This document shows positions 1 through 10,681 of a stretch of 56,569 bases of DNA, piece after piece. The translations under genes and the position numbers were made by a program. This stretch comes from Marinifilum sp. Its GTDB lineage: Bacteria; UBA9089; CG2-30-40-21. The stretch lies in the NCBI GenBank assembly GCA_020717845.1, contig DYDG01000001.1:1-56569 (forward strand), written 5' to 3'. The notes under the pieces were generated by a model. That model was not told the origin of the DNA. It saw nothing but the letters and a program-made list of their open reading frames with translations, and did not search any database. Position 1 is the stretch's first letter. The number at the start of each line of letters is the position of its first letter.

Positions 1-50
1 ATTCGCTAAATTTTTGAATGGAAAATTATGATTCACGGTGAACCAAGACA

Positions 51-83
51 ATCTTAACCCCTAAAGGTGTTAAGATTTTATTA
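51..83 (+). terminator. Rho-independent terminator-like hairpin for an upstream + strand gene that lies outside the window
   Basis: Perfect 8-bp stem ATCTTAAC (51-58) / GTTAAGAT (69-76) with a 10-nt loop, followed by TTTTATT at 77-83. Confidence 0.45.
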
Positions 84-157
84 GAAGCAACCTTTTTATT
101 ATTCCGGTTGCCTGTGAGATACAGACATTAGGATAGGATAGGATTTGTCCAGAATAA

Positions 158-1477
<1,320 letters not shown>

Positions 1478-1479
1478 GA

Positions 1480-1495
1480 GCGTATGGCAATACGC
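1480..1495. repeat. Short palindromic hairpin GCGTAT-GGCA-ATACGC just after the serS stop
   Basis: 6-bp stem read directly. No T-tract follows, so it is a hairpin repeat rather than a canonical terminator. Confidence 0.5.
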
Positions 1496-1747
1496 CCCTA
1501 CCTGAATTACCATTACAGCTGTATTTTGTCCAATTTTGGCCAATTATTTTCCCAGGCAATAAAAATTTCCAATTGGCAACAAAAGTTGCCAGCGATAAAA
1601 ACCCTTGTAAAAACATAGGAATTCCTTCTGCTGGAGGGAGTTATCCTTAATAAAGGAGACCATGGTTAGCCGTCCTTGAAAATGGGGGTTAGGGGGTTGT
1701 TACTCCCCTTCTTAAGGGGATGCGGCAACGATTACCAGGACAAAAAC

Positions 1748-3316
1748 ATGAACAAAATAAATGAAAATAAATCAATAGTCAAATCTGTCAGTATCGTTAG
1801 CGGGGCAACCATGCTTTCGAGGATTTTGGGATTAATAAGGGAACAGGTCTTTGCCTTTTTCTTTGGAGCATCTGCAATAAACGATGCCTTTGTGGCTGCC
1901 TTCAGGATTCCAAACCTCTTGCGGGATATGTTTGCTGAGGGTGCTCTTTCCTCTGCCTTTGTCCCGGTATTTACAGATTACATGAAAAAGCGTTCCCTCC
2001 AGGATGCCTTCAGAATGGCAAACCTGGCCATCAATGCCTTACTGCTCATCCTTTCTCTCATTACTATTCTGGGGATAATATTTACTCCAAACATTGTCAG
2101 CCTGATTGCTCCAGGGTTTGCAGAAACACCCGGAAAAACCCAGCTAACCGTTACCCTCACTCGAATCATGTTCCCCTTTCTTATCATGGTAAGCGTCTCT
2201 GCCCTGGTTATGGGGGTATTAAACTCTTTACATCATTTTACCATCTCAGCCCTTGCTCCGGCAACCTTTAACATCTGCATGATTGGAGCAGGGTTTATTC
2301 TCTGTCCTTTTTTTAAGGAGCCGATTATAGGCATGGCCATAGGGGCATTATTGGGTGGACTGACACAGCTTTTTATTCAGGTTCCCTCATTGATAAAGGC
2401 AGGATTTCGCTATACATTTCAGATTAGCTTCAAGGATGAAGGGGTAAGAAGGATCATCAAGATCATGGCTCCTGCTGCTATTGGTCTGGCAGCCATGCAG
2501 ATAAATATTTTTATCAATACCCTATTAGCTTCACTCTTGAATGACGGTAGCGTTTCGTATCTAAACTACAGTTTCAGATTGATGTATCTTCCCTTAGGGG
2601 TGTTTGGGGTAGCCATAGGGACTGTAAGCCTGCCTATGGTTGCTGCCTGTGTTTCAAAGGGTGACATTGCTGGCATAAAAAATACCATAGCCTTTTGTTT
2701 CAGACTACTCTTTCTTTTAACCATTCCATCAACCATAGGCTTGATCGTTTTGAGTGAGCCAATTATTGGCTTGATCTATGAGCATGGAGAGTTTCATCAA
2801 AAAGATACCATAGCCACAGCTCATGCCCTTATCTGCTATGCAGTTGGTCTTTTCCCCTATGCTGCCTTGAAGATACTTGTTCCTACCTTTTATTCATTAA
2901 AGGATACCAGAACACCGGTTAAAATCAGCATTGGCTGTGTACTTATTAACATCGTTCTCAACCTTATCCTGATGAGGTTTATGTCACACATGGGACTGGC
3001 ATTGGCTACATCCATCTCTGCCGGGATAAACATGGGATTTTTATTAATCATTCTCCGAAAAAGAATAAAAACTATGGATAATACCCTTGCTCCCTTCTCT
3101 TTCCATGGCATCCTTGAGTCCTCTTATTGGCGAGTATTGATTGCCTCAGGCATAATGGGTATTGCCTGCTGGTACATTAATATAAGCCTCGATGGTTATG
3201 CTATCCGAACGATTTGTGGAGTCCTTGCAGGAGGTATAATCTTTGTGGGAATATGTAAACTGCTAAAGGTAGAAGAAATTGAATCGGTTTTGAATATGAG
3301 GAAGCTGAAACAGTAG
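1748..3316 (+). CDS. murJ: Lipid II flippase MurJ (MviN family)
   Basis: Polytopic ORF with a MurJ-type N-terminus (SRILGLIREQVFAFFFGAS, AFVPVF). The ORF opens at TTG 1676, but ATG 1748 (AGGA 6 nt upstream) fits the family N-terminus better. Confidence 0.88.
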   Translation: MNKINENKSIVKSVSIVSGATMLSRILGLIREQVFAFFFGASAINDAFVAAFRIPNLLRDMFAEGALSSAFVPVFTDYMKKRSLQDAFRMANLAINALLLILSLITILGIIFTPNIVSLIAPGFAETPGKTQLTVTLTRIMFPFLIMVSVSALVMGVLNSLHHFTISALAPATFNICMIGAGFILCPFFKEPIIGMAIGALLGGLTQLFIQVPSLIKAGFRYTFQISFKDEGVRRIIKIMAPAAIGLAAMQINIFINTLLASLLNDGSVSYLNYSFRLMYLPLGVFGVAIGTVSLPMVAACVSKGDIAGIKNTIAFCFRLLFLLTIPSTIGLIVLSEPIIGLIYEHGEFHQKDTIATAHALICYAVGLFPYAALKILVPTFYSLKDTRTPVKISIGCVLINIVLNLILMRFMSHMGLALATSISAGINMGFLLIILRKRIKTMDNTLAPFSFHGILESSYWRVLIASGIMGIACWYINISLDGYAIRTICGVLAGGIIFVGICKLLKVEEIESVLNMRKLKQ

Positions 3317-3357
3317 TGTCATATCAACCTTAAATTGACCACTAAGAAAAGAATTTT

Positions 3358-3400
3358 TGTACACTTTGTGTACTTTGTGTGTTTTCTGTGCTCTTTGTGA
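3358..3400. repeat. Tandem CTTTGTG-type word repeat (half copy of the 42566-42648 palindrome family)
   Basis: TGTACACTTTGTGTACTTTGTGTGTTTTCTGTGCTCTTTGTGA read directly. The same words occur at 42611-42648. Confidence 0.7.
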
Positions 3401-3548
3401 TTAGTCTGAAATCAGAATCTGTGGCTTTCTCAAACAATTTTCGTGAATTTTGTGGGTAATGCGATAAAATATATAGCATATTCCAGCCGCACAGGTCGTA
3501 AGAATTTTACTGACAAAGTATATTAATGCTTTCGGGCAAAAGGAAGAT

Positions 3549-4070
3549 ATGGATAAAAATTTAGCTAAAACAATAACTGCTGAAAAGGGATCCGTAGACT
3601 GGTGGGTGGAAAACATTGTTGAACGGCTTCGTGATAAAGACCTTCAACCTCTTGAAGCAGCCCATAATGCATTACAAGAACATCCAACCGAGTGGAAGTT
3701 GTTGATATATACGCTGTTTGCAGCAATAGTAGAGGAACGTCCTGAAATTTGTCTCCATTATGTGAAAAGGCTCAAAAAGCATTATCGTCCCAATGAAATA
3801 GTTTATATGTGCGAAATGATTGCCCTGGCACAGCAAGGTAGCTGGCCACTTGCCAAGGCTTTGTTGGAAAAATACGGCTTCAAGCTCTTTGCCTTTCCAC
3901 CGACCATTGATGAAAAATGGCTCAAGAGCTGGGTTGTAAAGATTCAGAGATGGCAATTATCTGTTAAAAATAAAAAGCCTCTTCACAAGCCAAAGCCAAT
4001 ACCTAAAAAATCACAGCCTTCTGCTGCTGATATAAAAAAGCTTTCAATAGATCAAGTATCCCCCAGATGA
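3549..4070 (+). CDS. Hypothetical protein, possibly truncated by a frameshift in a C5 run
   Basis: 173-aa ORF with RBS AAGGAAG and a Lys/Pro-rich tail; no family recognised. The +1 frame stays open for 66 more codons, to 4263. Confidence 0.55.
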   Translation: MDKNLAKTITAEKGSVDWWVENIVERLRDKDLQPLEAAHNALQEHPTEWKLLIYTLFAAIVEERPEICLHYVKRLKKHYRPNEIVYMCEMIALAQQGSWPLAKALLEKYGFKLFAFPPTIDEKWLKSWVVKIQRWQLSVKNKKPLHKPKPIPKKSQPSAADIKKLSIDQVSPR

Positions 4071-4332
4071 CATTGAGCCACTCCCTCGATTCCCTGTTCA
4101 GATACCTATTGCCTTTAATATCTCTGATGAAACAGGTAAAACCAGGAAAATTAAGGCTGTAGGGAATGAATTCACTCCGTTGGCTTTCCTGCCGTCAAAC
4201 TGTGTAAAAACTTTTGAGCCATGCTGCTGCAATACACTGCACAAGTTCATACTATCAACTTAACTTCTGTATTACCAAGACAGTTGTTACTCGCTTTTTG
4301 CACCACAAAGCAATCCCAACCGATTACCCTAC

Positions 4333-5400
4333 TTACAATCTTCTTCGAATATATAGGAATATCCCTGTAACAGCAATAATTATGTTCGGCAGCCACATCC
4401 CAAACCCTGGATAAAGCACCTTTTTCTCGCAAAGAATCTGCGACAGCATAAGCAAAAGATAATACATAAACACAAAGATAATGCTCAGGCTCAAGGACAT
4501 GGACTTACCCTTTTGCCGCAAAGACATTCCCAGAGGGATAGCAACCAAAACAAGGGAGATGCAGGCAAAGGGCAAAGCAATCTTTTTATACAATTCAATA
4601 AGCAAGGGAAGGGTATCCATGTTTGACTGCCGATATCTCAATATCTCCTGCCTCAACTCCAGAGTAGTCATATCCTGTATACGCTTTTCTATGCCCCTGG
4701 CATTATCTTCCCCAAAATCAACAACAATGGTCTGGGTATCAAATTGTAACAGATGATACCTTGAAGCATCCCTTTTATCTGCCTGATGGATCGTTCCATC
4801 TTGCAAGCTAAAGATTATCTGGGATGATTTTTTTATCATTTCCCCTTTACGGGCAAAAACAGCCTGTTCTTTTTGATAAAAATATATCCCTTCCAACCTT
4901 TTTCCCTGCATCTTGCAGATATAGATATCCATATTCTTTGCCTTAATAAAATTACCTGCTTTAATCGGAATAGACGACGATTCCTTGAGAACATCAGAGT
5001 ATACCTGCCAGAACCTCTGATTTGACCAGGGAATAAGGGATTCGTTTACCCCTATGGTCAACAAGCTCATCAGCAGCCCTATCCCGATTAATAACCATAA
5101 AAAGGAGGTAAATCTTATACCACTGGCAAAAATAGCTGTCCACTCATAGTCGCTCTTAAGCCTTGTCAACCCAATCAAAACCCCTATAAACGTAGCTATA
5201 GGAATGGTCATGGGAAGGGTTGACGGCAGACAAAGAAGGAATATCTGTATCGCCGGCAAAAACCCCACATGCCTGGCAATAACAAACTCACTCAAGTCAA
5301 AGAGCTTTTCCAAAAAGAAGATAAATGTAAATATCCCTATTCCAAACAAAAACGGTGGAATAATTTCCCTTAATAAATATCGATGGAGTATCTTCATCAT
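4333..5400 (-). CDS. LPS export ABC permease, LptF/LptG (YjgP/YjgQ) family
   Basis: 355 aa with 6 predicted TM segments around a periplasmic beta-jellyroll-sized insert. N-terminus ILHRYLLREIIPPFLFG is typical of the family. Confidence 0.8.
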   Translation of the reverse strand: MMKILHRYLLREIIPPFLFGIGIFTFIFFLEKLFDLSEFVIARHVGFLPAIQIFLLCLPSTLPMTIPIATFIGVLIGLTRLKSDYEWTAIFASGIRFTSFLWLLIGIGLLMSLLTIGVNESLIPWSNQRFWQVYSDVLKESSSIPIKAGNFIKAKNMDIYICKMQGKRLEGIYFYQKEQAVFARKGEMIKKSSQIIFSLQDGTIHQADKRDASRYHLLQFDTQTIVVDFGEDNARGIEKRIQDMTTLELRQEILRYRQSNMDTLPLLIELYKKIALPFACISLVLVAIPLGMSLRQKGKSMSLSLSIIFVFMYYLLLMLSQILCEKKVLYPGFGMWLPNIIIAVTGIFLYIRRRL

Positions 5401-5463
5401 CTTGTATATCCTATTAATTCGGGTGTCAGGTGTCAGGTATCCAGGTTTAGATACAAAAGAATA

Positions 5464-7610
5464 TTAGGTTACCTTCGTCCAATACTCAGCCAGCAACTCC
5501 GCCTGATCCAAAACCTTTGCAACTGAAACCGTATATTCACCGGTTGCTGGATCATCGGGCGGGTATTTATATTTTCGCAATATGCGTTTTACAAGCACAC
5601 GCAATTTTGCCTGCACACTCTCTTTGATCTGCCAGTCGATACTGGTATTGCTTCTTACGCTTTCAACCAACTCATGTGCAATTATCTTAAGAGTCTGGTC
5701 GCCCAATACGTCTTCAGCCTTTGGGTTATCGGCAAGGGCGTCATAAAATGCCAGCTCGTCTGTTCGTAAATTAAGCTTCTCGCCACGTTTGTCTGCCTCG
5801 CGAATCTCTTTGGCTAATTTGATCAACTCTCCGATAACTTGAGCAGAATCAATAAGCCCGTTCTGATAACGCTTAACCGCTTCGGCTAACAACTCGGAGA
5901 ATTTCTTGCGGATGCCGAGAGCCGCTGCTCAAAATGATTCACCATATCAGCCGCGACCTGTTTAAGACGCTGCTTGCTACCGACTACGGCTTCCTTGCTC
6001 GTCCATCTCGCAAAACGCACCTGGCTCTCTGAAAGCTCGTCGCTTTCTGTAACATCCTCAACCTTCTCATCAAGCACTCTGCGATCTTCTTCGGATAACT
6101 CAATACGCACCAAGCGGCTCTCGTAGAAAATACGAACAGTTGCGCCATCTTCTACTGCCTACTGCATATCATAGATATCGATATAATTCCCAAAAACTGC
6201 TTGAGTGTTCCTGTCTTCTTTCTCAATAGGCGTCCCTGTAAAGCCAATAAATGAAGCATTCGGCAAGGCATCCCGCATATGGCGGGCAAACCCATCAATA
6301 AAATCATACTGACTACGATGAGCCTCATCCGCAATCACAACGATATTCTTGCGATTACTAAGTAACGGATATTGCGACTGCGGTTCTTCAGGTAAGAATT
6401 TCTGAATAGTGGTAAAGACTACTCCTCCAGAAGATACGGCAAGTAACCTCTTTAAATCTTCCCGGTTTGCCGCTTGTTGGGGCGTTTGACGTATCAATTG
6501 CTGGCAGTTACTGAATGTTTCAAATAACTGCTGATCCAAATCGTTTCGGTCTGTTAAAACTACAATTGTGGGGTTGTTCATCGCCTCGGCAAGAACAAGT
6601 TTGCCCACATAAAAAACCATTGAAAGACTTTTACCGCTTCCTTGCGTATGCCAAACAACGCCAGCCCGATTATCACCAGGGGACTGATCCCGAACACCCG
6701 GTAATCCGTAATGCGCGGGGTCTTCCTTAACCATAGACGGAATGTCTGCAATAGCACAAACTGTTGATTCAATCGCTTTATTCACTGCGTAATATTGATG
6801 ATATGCTGCCACCTTTTTAAGCGTCTTTTCCCTGGCTTCCTCAAAGACGATAAAATGGCGAATAACATCCAGTAAAGTTCTCTTATTTAAAAGCCCTTTT
6901 ATCATCGGCTCAAGCTCTGGCTCTACCCTGGCATCAACAATCGTCTCACCATCAGCCGTTTTCCATTCCATGAATCGAGAATAATCGCTTGTAATTGTGC
7001 CAACCTTGGCAAACCAACCGTCGCTGGCAACAAGAAAGGCATTGTAGTTAAATAATGAAGAGATATCTTTTTTGTATGTTTGGAATTGATCAAATGCGGC
7101 TTTCATATCAGCATTCTCATCAATAGGATTCTTGAGCTCAATAACAACCAAAGGAAGGCCATTAATAAACAAAACTATATCGGGACGCCTGTTATTATGG
7201 TTTTCAATGACGGTAAACTGATTCACAGCGAGAAACTCGTTGTTCTCGGGATTGATAAAATCAATCAACCAAACCTTATCTGTTCGCGATTTACCATCAC
7301 CCACGCTAAACTTGACATCAATGCCTTCAGTGAGCATCCGGTGAAACGATTTGTTATTCTCCATGAGGCTTACTGAGAAAGTTCTCAAGACCTTTTTCAC
7401 CGCCTCATCACGCGCATCAGCGGGGATGCCGCCATTGATTTCGTCAACAGCATTACGAAGCCGGCTCTGCAAAATAACTTCGGTATATTCACGCTCTTTT
7501 TGCTCGCCTTCGGAAATATCGGGGCCAAAAAGAACGGTGTAGCCCTGTTCGCCCTTAAGAATATCAAGAGCAATCTGCTCAATATCTGATTCGAAAAAAG
7601 ATTTACTCAT
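5464..7610 (-). pseudogene. hsdR: Type I restriction enzyme R subunit (HsdR), disrupted by an in-frame TAG, an internal deletion and a frame change
   Basis: Segment 7610-6162 carries the N-terminal and DEAH motor (VVIADEAHRSQ, FIGFTGTP). TAG at 6159-6161 is in frame with ...AVEDGATVRIFYESRLV...HFEQR (6158-5889). A different frame then gives the DUF3387-like tail (AFYDAL..., YKYPPD) at 5892-5467. About 400 codons, including the helicase C domain, are absent. Confidence 0.85.
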
Positions 7611-7628
7611 TTTTTTACCTCTCATACT

Positions 7629-7755
7629 TCGACAGGCTGTTACGGAATGCAAAATCAGCGACAACGGTATACCGTATATGGTGGGCAATAGTAGGTTTGA
7701 CCCAACATATTGTGTGCTTCTCGTGCCAAATTCTTATTCCGTAACAGCCTGTCGA
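7629..7755. repeat. Perfect 20-bp inverted repeat (TCGACAGGCTGTTACGGAAT / ATTCCGTAACAGCCTGTCGA) with an 87-bp spacer
   Basis: Arms at 7629-7648 and 7736-7755 read directly; the spacer holds the palindrome ACGGTATACCGT. It spans the hsdS 3' end and stops 18 nt upstream of the hsdR start. Confidence 0.85.
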
Positions 7756-8754
7756 TCTCACCGGTCATGAGTTTTGGAAGCAAATGATTACGGATTTGAT
7801 TCAATAAATTGCTCTCATAAACATTTCTCAATAACTTATCAAACAACGGGCTGACGATTTCACCAAATTTAATAATCAGCTCTTCTGGAGGCAAGACCAC
7901 CTTAATATCTTCAATAGCTGACGCACTTATGTTAGGTTGAGCACTTCCTAATGCTGAATTTCGAATGATATTTTGATAATCATCACCAGATAGGATGACA
8001 TAAAGAAAGTAGTTGCTGTTTTAGCCGCAACATACTGCATATCATTTACGTCAACCAAATTACCGCCAATATTCTTTATTTTAATGACACCACAATCCCC
8101 GATATTATCGGAAAAAGTATCGCTTTTAAAAGCATAGCCGTTTTGGACAAAACACAAAGAACCAATTCCGCCAACCCGCCAACCCTTTGGAATTGGGCCA
8201 AGTTCGCTGTCCTTCATTTCACCGGTATCGCCGGGAAAGTTAAAATTGACAAACCACTCTTTATAAATTGCATGGGCGATTGCTTCCAAGGTCTGATTCG
8301 TCTGATGATTCAGCTCGATCTTTTCGTCCAAGTCGCCAAGAATCTTGGCGATAGCACGCTGTGTAGGAAGAGGTGGGATTTTGTGAGCAATGCTATAAAC
8401 ATTGTCGCGATTCAAACCCGGAACAGCGCTATGGCTATTCATCTGATTTAAACCCAAAGTTTTCAACAAGTAATACCAAAAGAAAATGTCGCCGCTTTTC
8501 TTGAGTTTTACATAGTACGTGGTATCTATCGGCCAAAAATCTTTTCGTGATAAAGTTACTTGACCGACAGTTCCTTTTCTTCCAACAATTATTCCGGGAC
8601 CATTAATAAGCGGTTGGTTATGAAAACCAATGGTACCATTAGACCCATAAACAGGGTATTGCCCGCTTTTTCTTTTCCTCTCAGGCAAGCCATCTCCATA
8701 GACAAGTTCTATGTGTTCACCTATAACAGATTCTTTCCACCCGCTCTTGCTCAT
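7655..8754 (-). pseudogene. hsdS: Type I restriction specificity subunit (HsdS) with one frameshift in TRD2
   Basis: TRD1 and the central conserved region are intact (8754-7948: ...PPLPTQRAIAKILGDLDEKIE...). The frame changes near 8000. The other frame continues ...LSGDDYQNIIRNSALGSAQPNISASAIEDIKVVLPPEEL...LLPKLMTGEI to 7655. Confidence 0.8.
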
Positions 8755-8758
8755 TTTA

Positions 8759-8980
8759 TTACCTTCTATTTCCCATAATCACCACGGATTTAATTACGCC
8801 TTTGCCGCTGGGCTCTGCATCTTCATATTCGCCGTTGTAATCAGCAGTGTTAGGATTTTTGGCAACCGCTATCTCATTAACGGATTTTATGCTGTCGTAT
8901 CCATCCTCGTAGCCCTGCACCAGAACCTGCGCATCAGCGGGAAAGGTTTTAAGTTTTTCGATCAAATCTTTGATGGTCAT
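8759..8980 (-). CDS. Small hypothetical protein (73 aa) inside the R-M operon
   Basis: Intact ORF. Its ATG overlaps the dinD-like stop (ATGA), and its stop lies 4 nt before the hsdS start. No family recognised. Confidence 0.6.
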   Translation of the reverse strand: MTIKDLIEKLKTFPADAQVLVQGYEDGYDSIKSVNEIAVAKNPNTADYNGEYEDAEPSGKGVIKSVVIMGNRR

Positions 8981-9828
8981 TTGGTTTTCCTCTCAATCTT
9001 TTTAACGCTTTTGGCCAGTTTCTTTCCTTCGGAATTCAACCGGCGTTCCAGCTTCTTTATGTCTTCTTCAGGCGGTAAAAGTTCAGGTTTGATTCCGCTC
9101 TTGCCCAAAAGCTCGCGAACATCTTTATTGTTCTTGATATGCTCGCCGGTGATCGCCGTCTCTCCGTGCAAATCGTTTTTTTTGGTGTTAAAACTAGTGA
9201 TTTCGGCCGCAAGGTCTTTGGCTTTGATGGTGATGGTGGGTAAAAAGTCCGCAAGCGGACGTTTCTCAGGGGCGCCCAGTTTCTTTTTCATCTCCAAGGT
9301 TGTATAGCCGCCAAAAAGCGAGTGATCACCTTTACTGCGTAAACGGGCAAACCCTTCGCCGTCAATGCCCCGTTCATAGGCAATACAGGAAAGCTCTGAT
9401 TCCGTATCCGCCAGCTTTTCGCGTGCCCGCAGGCGTTCCACAAGGGATATACGCTCTTCCAAAAGTTCCTGTTTACGTGTTTGAATGGCAAAATAGCTTT
9501 GCGCAAAAGCTATCTGCTCCTTACGCGGATCGCCGTTTTGGGCGATTAAATAACAGGCATAGCGGGTCAACATGATGTCGTCAACTTGGCGCTCTGTGCC
9601 TGACCCAATGGGAACCATTTTGCTGACATCAGCAAAATGGTCGGAAACAGCCTGCCCGGCGTTCAGGCAAGCTGTTTTGGCTTTATCAACAACCTGTAAA
9701 AAATTTCGCCACTGGGTGTAATCTAAAAGCCTTTGAATATCGCGGGCTATCCAATATTCAACACCATTTTGAACATACGCTGATTCTTCAAAGGTCTTGT
9801 TTAATTGAACAATAAGTTCTTTTTTCAT
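8977..9828 (-). CDS. dinD: DNA-damage-inducible protein D (DinD)-like protein
   Basis: Collinear similarity to E. coli DinD as I recall it (W.AR.L..LL.Y...R.F..V..+AK.AC...G....DHF, L+RYACYL+.QNGDP, FAIQTR+QEL). ATG 9828 has GGAGAG 9 nt upstream; the ORF track opens at TTG 9855. Confidence 0.8.
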   Translation of the reverse strand: MKKELIVQLNKTFEESAYVQNGVEYWIARDIQRLLDYTQWRNFLQVVDKAKTACLNAGQAVSDHFADVSKMVPIGSGTERQVDDIMLTRYACYLIAQNGDPRKEQIAFAQSYFAIQTRKQELLEERISLVERLRAREKLADTESELSCIAYERGIDGEGFARLRSKGDHSLFGGYTTLEMKKKLGAPEKRPLADFLPTITIKAKDLAAEITSFNTKKNDLHGETAITGEHIKNNKDVRELLGKSGIKPELLPPEEDIKKLERRLNSEGKKLAKSVKKIERKTK

Positions 9829-9868
9829 GACATGTGACTCTCCGTTACAATACAAAATTTCATTCAGG

Positions 9869-9977
9869 CAACAGCCTGCTGTCTTATTTGTCCAGCAGGT
9901 TGTTGGCTAAATCAATTGCCAGATGATTGCGAAACAGCCTGTTTCGCAATTTGTGCAACGGCCTGCTGCACAAATTG
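9869..9977. repeat. Three consecutive hairpins sharing an ACAGCCTG/CAGGCTGT core
   Basis: Hairpin a: 9869-9905, 13-bp stem with 1 mismatch. Hairpin b: 9926-9950, perfect 10-bp stem. Hairpin c: 9947-9977, perfect 11-bp stem. All read directly. Confidence 0.8.
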
Positions 9978-9986
9978 ATTCTAAAT

Positions 9987-10349
9987 TTAGATTTCATACC
10001 CGATCCCCTTCAAATTCTCTCGAATGGTCTTCTCAATCTCGTTGCCCCTGGCAAACTGCTCGGCCAGTTTGGAGGTCAAAGCATTCATTTTTTCGTCAAA
10101 GGGAATGCCATCATCTTCTTCGGTTTCTGTCCCCACATAACGCCCGGGCATTAGAACATAGTTGTTGGTCTTTACTTCCTGAATCGTCGTTGACTTACAA
10201 AAACCGGGCTTGTCTTCATAATTACCGTTCTTATTACACCAGCTGTGGTAGGTATCCGCGATAAGTTTTATATCCTCATCGGTTAATTCTTTGTTGCGGT
10301 TTTCAGGGTAGTTGATCTTAAGTGAAACTATCGCACAACATTCCCTCAC
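9987..10349 (-). pseudogene. hsdM: 3' remnant of the type I R-M methyltransferase gene (HsdM); only about the last 110 codons remain
   Basis: ...ELTDEDIKLIADTYHSW...YEDKPGFCKSTTIQEVKTNNYVLMPGRYVG...FDEKMNALTSKLAEQF... matches the HsdM C-terminus. Only ~330 bp of unrelated sequence separates it from the uvrA stop, so the methylase domain is gone. Confidence 0.8.
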
Positions 10350-10681
10350 TTTCTTATTGATTTCATATTATACCATGTGAGAATACTTAAGTCAATCTAA
10401 AAAATTGGAACAGATCATCACAGCCATCAATGACTCTGTTGATTTACTACCGTTCAGCATCTTAGGCATACATTATATGGTTGCTCGGTTTGCCTGAAAC
10501 ACAACATGGAGCATGCTGGTCGTTGAGCCTGTCGAAATGTGGTCTCACAGAAATTGACTAAATAATCACAATCATTAATGCCTGGTCTATGGTGCCCACA
10601 GCAAATAGAGACAGCAGCCCGCGTTTGGAAGCATTAAACCAGGAGTAGCCTGGAGCACCATTCATTGCCTACAAACAGGCA

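Noticed and set aside
6159-6161. The in-frame TAG in hsdR as evidence for stop-codon reassignment or pyrrolysine
   Set aside because: The same gene has a large deletion and a frameshift, its partner genes are also broken, and no other conserved gene in the window contains an in-frame TAG.
8711-9307. A 198-aa + strand ORF, along with many similar antisense ORFs such as 38118-38729, 27480-28208, 24548-24934, 49946-50458, 14075-14443 and 40745-41182
   Set aside because: Each lies entirely opposite a gene with strong family signatures. Their compositions are low-complexity or biased and show no recognisable motifs or RBS. They are shadow ORFs of the real genes.
10350-10681. A possible IS or transposase remnant, or a small gene, between the hsdM remnant and uvrA (for example the - strand peptide MNGAPGYSWFNASKRGLLSLFAVGTID...)
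   Set aside because: The open frames are only ~35 codons long and no family is recognisable. The region contains a repeat word (10518-10537). I treat it as deletion-scar DNA, although a TBLASTX search could still reveal its origin.
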